From Eledone cirrhosa (taxonomy: Eukaryota), in the NCBI GenBank assembly GCA_964016885.1, contig OZ024741.1, positions 56,234,001-56,298,000 of the forward strand: DNA of 64,000 nt. Direction: 5' to 3'. Numbering within the stretch: position 1 is the first letter of the stretch; every line of letters begins with the position of its first letter. Of the stretch, positions 61,701 through 64,000 are shown one piece after another. Under the pieces are notes generated by a model. The model worked only from the letters and a program-made list of their open reading frames with translations. It did no database searches and was not told the DNA's origin. The translations under genes were made by a program, and so were the position numbers.

Positions 61701-63956
61701 TACTAACTATAGTTTTCAAATTTCGAAAATAATCAAGAATTTGAAGGAATTTAGTAATATAAGTAACTTTCTCACTAGTAAGATTATGTTTTGAATGTAA
61801 TTTAACAAAGGTTCTTACATAAAATTTTGATGGAAGGTTTTTAGATAAATAGAAACACTTTAAAATATACAATTTTGTATTGCAAGACTAGGGGTGGTTT
61901 TAAGTGGCTTAGTATCAAAAGGGTTAAATTTATCATCTTGAGGTCAATACTCCACCACTGACCACCAATCTACCACTGTACATATTCCATAAAAGAGAAA
62001 AATAATCAATAAAATTTCCTCCAGCCCTCCCTTAAGATATAGTGTAAAGGAGAGCAAAAGAAAAGTTTAATATCTTACCTGCATTAATTCGGCACGGACT
62101 GGTTGAATGTGTTCGTAAAGAAATTCTGGCTGTAAGTTGTCAACACACAACTCCAATGTACGAAGACCCTGGAATGAAAATAGGTTTAAAAAATCCTAAT
62201 TACATGTGCTATGACACAGTACACACAAAACATTATACATATCCAAAACATAGCTTATGGTTGTCCATTGATTTTAATGACCATCTTCTCCAATTGTGAA
62301 TTCTATGATCACTGTACATCCTATACCTTAACTCTTAAAATCCTGTAATGATTTATCAGAGAATAACTAAAAATGGGTTTGTTAATTCAAACGTTTGTAG
62401 TATCTTTAAGATATTAAGTGTGAATGCGCAGTTTCAGTTACTGGTGATTATGACCTTAACTTCTGAAAAAGTTTTCAGGGTTGTTTCTTCACTCTGATAT
62501 ACGATACTGGTTTATTACAGATATTCCAAGAGGATATGTTTCCTATTGTTGTTGTTGCCAGGTCAAAGTGCTCTCATCCAGCAGCCATATGATTGAAGGT
62601 GTTCCAACCATGCTCATCACAATAAAATGCACTTGGTAGAGCCTGGGAACGTTTTGTGAGAGGGGTCCCCAGCCCATCTGGGAGGTCAGTAGCCCTGATT
62701 GAGTACTGACTAGCAGGGAAAACAAGCATTAATGTTAACATCTGTCAGGATTAATTAAAAAAGAATAAGAAAAACTAATAGTAGGATGTGAAATACTTGC
62801 CTGACTAACTAGGGTCTGTGATCCATTCAGAGCTGACACTAAAGGATCCATGAGCATGGGTAGATATGGTAGCAGGGAACTGAGTCGTACAGGTACTGTT
62901 AGGCACAGCTCAACAAACAGGTCTTTGATATGTTGTTTATGTAAGCCACTTTGGAGACTGTTCAAACCTGAAAGACAACAAAGAAGACAGAAATATCATA
63001 CATTTTCAGCAACATTCAGTAAGTTTTGATGGATTCTTCTTATACTACAACTGTCCTTTGATAGACTGCTCTTACCTCTACCTTTCAATGAGCTACTCTT
63101 ACCCCTACCCTTTGATCTAGGGTTAAATAACCAAACCAACAATGAGCTAAAAATAACACTCAAATCACAACCTACAATCTTTAAAAAAGGAAGAAAACAG
63201 ACAATGTAGTTCTTGATATACTGTCTGAATAAATGACAGGATGGTCATGGAATGTCTTAAATTATAGGCCTGCAGGATAAGGACAATGAGTTGAACATCA
63301 TCACATCTAATATCCTCACCACTGAGAGAGCTTAAACAAACAAGGGAGCCTTTATGTGGTCATTCAACTTGCTAGAAACAACAATCAAATTTTCTCAAAT
63401 TACACCCTACCATCTTACAAAAATAGATGCTTGAAGATAATCATATGGTCCTGAATTATTTGTACATAGGAAAAAGATTGGATGGCCGTGGCTGGGAATG
63501 TATTGAATCATCATCTGCTTGATGAGGAAAAACCAAGGGCTAAACAATAACAATAACATCACCACCAACATGATGACAACACAAGCCAAATAAGGAGCTT
63601 CTACATGATGATTTCAACCTGCTGAAAACAACAGCCAAATCTCCTTAAATCACATGATTATCATCATTTAAAATCTATTTTTGCATTCTGACATAAAAAA
63701 AAAACATACATGGATAATCATGGTTGGATTGTTCTTGACAATAGGTTTGTTGGATTAGGGCTGACTTGGGGCAAAACAACATTTACTTACCTTGAAGCAA
63801 GTTTGGCAACAACGGCAAAAACTCTTGATAGAGCATGTCATGACTTCCTCCTCCAATGGAGCGGAACAGAGTCCGCAACAAGAGAAAATAGTTGTATGGT
63901 TCTTTAGCAGTCATTGCTAGTGACATGGAACGGTTGACGATGGTATGTAGGTGGGG
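2818..63956 (-). CDS. TRRAP: TRRAP (transformation/transcription domain-associated protein), partial: 40 internal exons, about 1682 aa; gene continues beyond both window edges
   Basis: Manually spliced exons join in frame with AG acceptors and GT donors (one GC) and read colinearly with human TRRAP as recalled, from KEPYNYFLLLR.LFRSIGGGSHD through [54 protein letters not shown] to CSQNWE...WIKQCIE. Confidence 0.97.
3499..3601 (-). CDS. TRRAP: TRRAP exon w39
   Basis: RDESLAGSELTSKLEQAFLAGLRCNQHHIRQKFVE; 103 nt. Confidence 0.95.
4374..4516 (-). CDS. TRRAP: TRRAP exon w38
   Basis: TPIAINQSPSIREKAILLCKLMVHVERRFPEDVELNAQFLELVNHIY; 143 nt. Confidence 0.93.
4560..5030. repeat. 39-bp minisatellite (acaaggtgatacaggygtggaagargttggggrtgataa)
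   Basis: About six well-conserved central units with degenerate flanks; a looser related array continues at about 5150-5390. Confidence 0.9.
5549..5727 (-). CDS. TRRAP: TRRAP exon w37
   Basis: AASELLILSLDLVKNRVGVLSIEMRKSFIGNILVCLIERTSDQKVVKAITKMVEDWVKTK; 179 nt. Confidence 0.95.
5935..6118 (-). mobile_element. Meta/MESC-like SINE with 18-bp TSD
   Basis: Same family as 2123-2300; TSD cctactttgaataataat at 5917-5934 and 6119-6136. Confidence 0.85.
6137..6352 (-). mobile_element. Meta/MESC-like SINE (older adjacent copy)
   Basis: Shares ttttattgaccctgtaaggatgaaag and ctctaccgatactg blocks with its neighbour. Confidence 0.75.
6882..7048 (-). CDS. TRRAP: TRRAP exon w36
   Basis: STGNSNNILFPTLMILKAACMHNPCYIDRLIALFMKVLQKMAREHLAANNSEQNP; 167 nt. 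Confidence 0.94.
7461..7803 (+). mobile_element. tRNA-headed SINE with CORE-like middle and RTE-derived tail
   Basis: TGGCTTAGTGG A box, GAGTTCAATTC B box, ccttgagcaagacactt core, RTE 3' sequences, (TGA)n tail; 5'-truncated copy at about 9075-9385; related head at about 11535-11800. Confidence 0.85.
8492..8724 (-). CDS. TRRAP: TRRAP exon w35
   Basis: KKDNILASFKPLQRGIAACLTCPNPKVIRAVHSLLSRLMSIFPTEP...KYEELECLYACVSKVVYDGLNNYE; 233 nt. Confidence 0.96.
10938..11153 (-). CDS. TRRAP: TRRAP exon w34
   Basis: VTESTTALATQGEALSRRCINLLKTVMNKDVWPNIELKLAWFDKLLMTVESPTGFTNICTALELLTFLLGIM; 216 nt. Confidence 0.95.
12132..12221 (-). CDS. TRRAP: TRRAP exon w33
   Basis: SLRNQTDVNKPIDKQYCDSVVNFLLRIACQ; 90 nt. 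Confidence 0.92.
12407..13087 (-). mobile_element. RTE LINE family B, 5'-truncated
   Basis: EVVDSFRYLGD...MLHGSETWA...RRLRWYGHVMR...RGRPRKTW; stop directly followed by a (TGA)n tail; shorter 3' pieces at about 8120-8236 and 18730-18940. Confidence 0.9.
13375..13752. repeat. About 38-47-bp degenerate minisatellite (gactggagtaccatcttgtactctcagtcacttaacac)
   Basis: About nine imperfect units directly following a CORE-like SINE fragment. Confidence 0.8.
13872..13970 (-). CDS. TRRAP: TRRAP exon w32
   Basis: HSFEHKKLAVELSEVIIKWEMQRIKDDQQQPAE; 99 nt. Confidence 0.93.
14387..14722 (-). mobile_element. RTE family A 3'-UTR-only insertion
   Basis: Colinear with 26289-26616, including the (TGA)n tail. 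Confidence 0.85.
15799..15898 (-). CDS. TRRAP: TRRAP exon w31
   Basis: QLVVRHYKVYYPVRHHLIQHMVSSLQRLGFTQN; 100 nt. Confidence 0.95.
15899..16602. repeat. About 73-bp minisatellite, 10 units, abutting the acceptor of exon w31
   Basis: ctgacagtggagttggtgaac recurs at 15967, 16034, 16109, 16182, 16257, 16330, 16407, 16478 and 16551; length varies through a G run. Confidence 0.95.
16650..16935. repeat. Degenerate acacacatgaacc-(acc)n tandem repeat
   Basis: acacatgaac recurs about every 25-45 bp. Confidence 0.75.
17052..17125 (-). CDS. TRRAP: TRRAP exon w30
   Basis: GMLAHWTKKIIVEEGHAVPQLVHL; 74 nt. Confidence 0.95.
17318..17425 (-). CDS. TRRAP: TRRAP exon w29
   Basis: VFHSLLKAHAVEARAVVRQALEILTPAFPGRMEDGN; 108 nt. 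Confidence 0.96.
17584..17800 (+). mobile_element. Meta/MESC-like SINE inserted in a TTAA-type MITE remnant
   Basis: tggcagtatcggtagagc...gagttcaaatcc...gcctttcatc...gataaaattaagtaccag; flanks (about 17470-17583 and 17801-17910) resemble the 61667 MITE. Confidence 0.75.
19200..19353 (-). CDS. TRRAP: TRRAP exon w28
   Basis: KQGNKLRRLMTFAWPSLLPRNCVDPANKYHGHLLLAHIIAKFAIHKRIVLQ; 154 nt. Confidence 0.96.
19573..19826. repeat. Host-intron direct duplication, left copy (right copy 22506-22751)
   Basis: gaatttaaattgcacccc...aaaatgtataagag occurs twice, nearly identical apart from microsatellite length and a few changes. Confidence 0.93.
19827..22505 (+). mobile_element. Non-autonomous Gypsy-like LTR element with 550-bp direct repeats (19827-20376, 21953-22502)
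   Basis: Repeats begin TGTAGTG and contain CCAAT and AATAAA; purine-rich tract before 21953; PBS-like TGGCGACCCGACG at 20198 resembles a tRNA-Trp PBS (TGGTGACCCCGACG); the interior has no long ORF, only a faint protease-like remnant near 21380-21610. Confidence 0.78.
22763..23010 (-). CDS. TRRAP: TRRAP exon w27
   Basis: ILQYIIIPCFQHAFEHGEDEALIGGPPSPDQDNSDNVISVFINRVIDPENPFGTSDAVRILLLQFSSLLVEQASPHIHDAAN; 248 nt. Confidence 0.95.
24162..24251 (-). CDS. TRRAP: TRRAP exon w26
   Basis: TYPVEWKRDAFFKFVDVFHLKNCPQELKAK; 90 nt. Confidence 0.93.
24494..24605 (-). CDS. TRRAP: TRRAP exon w25
   Basis: HHTREIDLLFQILRCFINRYIPQFQFVKDFLDDVVAA; 112 nt. Confidence 0.92.
25221..25288 (-). CDS. TRRAP: TRRAP exon w24
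   Basis: DNLDYIHWQEPALLVRCLLTYF; 68 nt. Confidence 0.92.
26140..26199 (-). CDS. TRRAP: TRRAP exon w23 (AAG acceptor)
   Basis: VAKLRMIWTSDSFQEKHKKI; tttcaag/gtaagt; 60 nt. Confidence 0.88.
29166..32014 (-). pseudogene. pol: Pol (PR-RT-RNase H-integrase), -1 frame to gag; one nonsense codon (31541-31543) and one frameshift (about 30700)
   Basis: PR LVDTGC; RT RPVLDYRELN, DLKSAYLQ, RLGFGLSSAP, YIDD; RH CDASS, HINVAEL, TDS; IN HDMHH..CIRC, AVD, MDNG, NGIIER. Confidence 0.9.
31963..32724 (-). CDS. gag: Gag of the LTR retrotransposon (253 aa, two CCHC knuckles)
   Basis: CFRCHGPHMARDC and CYRCKRPGHIATNC; ATG about 135 nt downstream of the 5' LTR. Confidence 0.9.
   Translation of the reverse strand: MATRLRTSEAIRAFTGEGDVIAWLRKVRLVASLQKIEDVAGLMALYLEGDALVLFLELDEHSQRDAQKIERRLIDAFAKGPLAAFTKLARIRWNGERVDIFAAEIRRLAMLAGYQAECERTVRLAFINGFPDDIAVRLQQVPGYKEMEMRSLVEQARIIAEDAKKSVAAIATTEAQDTWQRNGEREATSARGRTRTFRGRCFRCHGPHMARDCRELRPEIICYRCKRPGHIATNCDQGNDPRGTTAPVVAPYK
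32847..32858 (-). other. Atypical primer-binding site complementary to tRNA-Phe nt 1-12
   Basis: Plus strand GCCGAAATAGCT abuts the LTR terminus at 32859 and equals the 5' end of metazoan tRNA-Phe(GAA) as recalled. Confidence 0.7.
35119..35238 (-). CDS. TRRAP: TRRAP exon w22
   Basis: STPDMPHAQDIKAEMQFQAIRLISLLVEMNETWLSDQLLA; 120 nt. Confidence 0.9.
35325..36200 (-). pseudogene. Old RTE/BovB-like LINE remnant
   Basis: QLQEKCLEH..LYQVFVELTKAFDSVNR and KAPGLDVIPIE motifs, fragmented by stops and frameshifts; boundaries approximate. Confidence 0.7.
36554..36646 (-). CDS. TRRAP: TRRAP exon w21
   Basis: FIVKHKDAQVIRDVIMANPMRLVNMALKNIQ; 93 nt. Confidence 0.92.
36790..36909 (-). CDS. TRRAP: TRRAP exon w20
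   Basis: AGSPFREPLLKFLLRFPMPTVELFLNDNTIIDQQWTRYLE; 120 nt. Confidence 0.94.
37329..37448 (-). CDS. TRRAP: TRRAP exon w19
   Basis: ELKICAAIINIFHLVPTATQKIIEPLTRLTFQTEKALFME; 120 nt. Confidence 0.94.
37508..38080 (+). mobile_element. Non-autonomous Helitron-like element, copy 2
   Basis: A|TCATAATATAATAAAG ... CTAGCAGAAAACCACCtgaaaGGAGGTTTTTCTGCTAG|T; homologous to 2034-2720. Confidence 0.7.
38239..39898 (+). repeat. Four near-identical ~410-bp tandem monomers forming the 5' end of RTE copy 3
   Basis: gcggtattctaatcc starts at 38239, 38649, 39059 and 39470; unit 4 has a short internal duplication; homologous to the 5' UTRs of copies 1 and 2. Confidence 0.95.
40152..43250 (+). CDS. RTE ORF: APE endonuclease, reverse transcriptase and PHD-like zinc finger (1032 aa)
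   Basis: Uninterrupted; QETRW, GDFNGH, SQLDF, NYRGIKL, QFGF, FVDLEKAFD, GVHQGSVLSPLLF, YADD; CSVC..CPKC..H..C..CSSC; RRLRWYGHV. Confidence 0.96.
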   Translation: MNLRATKHPREAPTQRPSPTSVDKCPKLRVGTINVGSMKGRAGEIVEMLERKEVDVCCVQETRWRGGSARVLVGKSQCYKFFWVGNDDGMGGVGILLADKWVDKVISVYRVNARIIKLRLVLNKTITTIISAYAPQSGLPDELKDRFYESLIHTTALTDDKDFLIIAGDFNGHVGKHCDGFNRVHGGHGVGTRNEEGFRLLEFCDANDMSICNTNFKKPDNHLITYRSGEHSSQLDFILIRGRDRWTVVNTKAFPSEECTSQHSLVVSDLTVRTRRALKQRPTWRRKIWKLKVPSTSNRFKDILLNAYDSKEEQIETFNVEENWEFLKNNLLEATDEVCGWSKTSSRRRVTWWWNNKVDEAVKAKRQAWKEWKNGGSRVHYIETKREARRQVYLARREAEDRKFKHVLQREDQKQEVFKIARQCVRDSCDVIGEKCIRNDKGELALTSAEKKDAWKSHYDRLLNEENAWEEETLPHVDPIEGPAVQVSGSVVSKAIRDMKIGKATGPSGIAAEMLKASGSVGHTITTRIVNQVILEGAIPKDWCSSIIVNCYKGKGDALDRGNYRGIKLMDQVMKVTERVIAQLIRDRVNIDEMQFGFVPGKGTTDALFLVRQLQEKYLAKSKPLYLAFVDLEKAFDRVPRAVIWWALRKLGVDEWLVKAVQAMYRGAVSKVRIGNEYSEEFSVQVGVHQGSVLSPLLFIIVLQAITEEFKTGCPWELLYADDLALIAESMVELENKFQTWKQGLERKGLKVNMTKTKVLISRRENRTQIPSGKWPCSVCRKGVGRNSILCPKCKQWVHKRCSGISGSLIKNVGFTCSSCAETASKQPQETSTTNLWEGPVETVDSFCYLGDRISNGGGCSESTITRVRTGWKKFRELLPLLAAKGFSLRMKGRLYDACIRTAMLHGSETWALKVEDLRRLERNEACMLRWMCNSNIRERQSIKELRERLSIRGIKCCVQERRLRWYGHVMRMKDDSCIKRCRALAVDGNRGVGRPKMTWDEVIKADLTQPHLSKSMTHDRDFWRHAVIQGT
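43302..43385 (-). CDS. TRRAP: TRRAP exon w18
   Basis: THLKKFMEVAISNQKTGQQRNNGQVLSQ; tag/gtaaga; 84 nt. Confidence 0.88.
43794..43964 (-). CDS. TRRAP: TRRAP exon w17
   Basis: FISGFHIDMEMVHGDMRPLLGLLGDYRNLNLNVIQRLTSLTQLFPHTFKEKLLEQLL; 171 nt. Confidence 0.94.
44108..44229 (-). CDS. TRRAP: TRRAP exon w16
   Basis: RALAACHYIQPSREKIFHLLYKALDSSNTELQQAAHECMKK; 122 nt. Confidence 0.94.
44473..45321 (-). mobile_element. Internally deleted Tc1/mariner element of DD37D (maT) type
   Basis: TIRs TA|CAGGGTGTGGACGATATTTGTTCGCAA and TTGCGCACAAATATCGTCCGCACCCTG; transposase remnant YVWQQ(A)SAPCHT...WPPSSPD..FFVWG with the catalytic D mutated and the xNPLD motif deleted; restoring it gives 37-residue spacing. 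Confidence 0.88.
45335..47178 (-). mobile_element. 5'-truncated CR1-like LINE
   Basis: NYRPVSLTS, YLDFAQAF, GVPQGSVLGPLLF, YADDIKLY, ERDLGI; C-terminus RRHFFTLRVAEAWIKLP; nonsense codon at 46020-46022; (ATT)n tail. Confidence 0.9.
47223..47545 (+). mobile_element. Mariner 5'-end remnant
   Basis: TIR-like tatgagggtcagctgaaaagtt followed by a decayed N-terminus MEEIRHCGVIKHLQIKGL...LDDDDPALST. Confidence 0.65.
47555..47757 (+). mobile_element. Meta/MESC-like SINE
   Basis: gttcaaatcccgccgagg..ttcatccttactgggtcgataaaataaagtac..tgctggccttgt; att tail. Confidence 0.8.
48050..48861 (-). mobile_element. piggyBac 5'-end remnant
   Basis: TTAA|CCCATTAG terminus at 48861-48850; acidic N-terminus (SDTDFEGF..SSDESD) then FFEVVAEEIN*Y, resembling PGBD transposases; multiple stops; inner boundary approximate. 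Confidence 0.65.
49068..49164 (-). CDS. TRRAP: TRRAP exon w15
   Basis: LLNLSSAEDAALMKMACYKNISNLVPLRKSTL; 97 nt. Confidence 0.93.
49296..49382 (-). CDS. TRRAP: TRRAP exon w14
   Basis: EGSTFCTTLQPRLFTIDLLKMEHKVFFAE; 87 nt. Confidence 0.95.
49500..49649 (-). CDS. TRRAP: TRRAP exon w13
   Basis: AMNALEVLAEATGKTVTDIMEPHKEVMQDMIPPKKHLLHHQPAHVQIGLM; 150 nt. Confidence 0.95.
50489..50668 (-). CDS. TRRAP: TRRAP exon w12
   Basis: VSSGAIDLAKNNMKNMLILCAKE...VTLELVRQVTSSNTLIREQ; 180 nt. Confidence 0.94.
52043..52154 (-). CDS. TRRAP: TRRAP exon w11
   Basis: CQAIKVLYEQMPKKWVLQHQFVFLKALLFVMLDLTGE; 112 nt. Confidence 0.94.
53189..53274 (-). CDS. TRRAP: TRRAP exon w10
   Basis: ACQLPFFEYLVERLCALCYDRAWYAKYG; 86 nt. 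Confidence 0.94.
53570..53860. repeat. About 57-bp minisatellite (gtgtcagcagacatacatggaacag...)
   Basis: Four to five imperfect units. Confidence 0.8.
54117..54292 (-). CDS. TRRAP: TRRAP exon w9
   Basis: GPFPVGEKQNKLQGIDTQILVDAIAAVMGHEEKELCKPGTVALMLILNTATIILGSQER; 176 nt. Confidence 0.94.
55449..55544 (-). CDS. TRRAP: TRRAP exon w8
   Basis: VAAAIKELRNPVLSFMGCMVRHYTMVAISHQC; 96 nt. Confidence 0.93.
56884..56984 (-). CDS. TRRAP: TRRAP exon w7
   Basis: FTEKDIPVHSGPLYKNPDANLRKVHEQALTGMF; 101 nt; phases match neighbours. Confidence 0.9.
58014..58165 (-). CDS. TRRAP: TRRAP exon w6
   Basis: AIDTALSNLKCSTTNAFVLRQSWELIRCFLVSAMSLDDSRQSLQHLFSHN; 152 nt. Confidence 0.93.
59034..59249. mobile_element. 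TTAA-type MITE
   Basis: Terminal inverted repeats aactctttagcatt / aatgctaaagggttaa. Confidence 0.7.
60091..60368 (+). pseudogene. RTE ORF C-terminal fragment
   Basis: IRTAMLHGSETWAL..RRLRWYGHVMRMKDDSCIKKCR; ends about 40 bp from the donor of exon w5. Confidence 0.85.
60408..60497 (-). CDS. TRRAP: TRRAP exon w5
   Basis: LNYNEKETVGPCVVLQFQDCKTPINLPVEK; 90 nt. Confidence 0.92.
60704..60814 (-). CDS. TRRAP: TRRAP exon w4
   Basis: ALWRTLRNPSDSIALVAFRLLGKFGGGNRKMVREPQQ; 111 nt. Confidence 0.95.
61667..61927. mobile_element. TTAA-type MITE, second family (relatives at about 57666-57880, 14085-14287 and 50878-51005)
   Basis: ttaac(c/t)c.tt...tttctaatgaa body ending tatcaaaagggttaa, shared among copies. 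Confidence 0.65.
62079..62168 (-). CDS. TRRAP: TRRAP exon w3
   Basis: [30 protein letters not shown]; 90 nt. Confidence 0.95.
62801..62967 (-). CDS. TRRAP: TRRAP exon w2 (GC donor)
   Basis: [56 protein letters not shown]; ends CAG|gcaagt. Confidence 0.93.
63791..63956 (-). CDS. TRRAP: TRRAP exon w1 (window numbering)
   Basis: PHLHTIVNRSMSLAMTAKEPYNYFLLLRTLFRSIGGGSHDMLYQEFLPLLPNLLQ; cag/gtaagt; 166 nt. Confidence 0.95.
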
Positions 63957-64000
63957 CTGGAAAAAAAGGAAAACAATAAAAAATGGAGGCTAAGACAAAC

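Overview
Eukaryotic, AT-rich, repeat-dense DNA, most likely an octopod cephalopod (inferred from the SINE/RTE repertoire, not proven). The whole window lies inside one minus-strand gene, TRRAP (Tra1/Nipped-A ortholog). I traced 40 consecutive phase-compatible internal exons (63956 down to 2818; 5046 nt, about 1682 aa of the HEAT region); start and stop codons lie outside the window. The introns hold three copies of one RTE LINE family (one with an intact 1032-aa ORF behind four ~410-bp 5' monomers, one split by a 4.4-kb LTR retrotransposon), a non-autonomous LTR element flanked by a ~250-bp host duplication, CR1-like, mariner/maT, piggyBac and Helitron remnants, SINEs, MITEs and minisatellites. 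Most notable: the nested LTR retrotransposon lacks a normal tRNA-3'-end primer-binding site. The 12 nt abutting its 5' LTR are instead complementary to nt 1-12 of metazoan tRNA-Phe, with further pairing across the LTR edge, suggesting priming by a cleaved 5' tRNA fragment. All homology calls and reference sequences are from memory; no searches were run.
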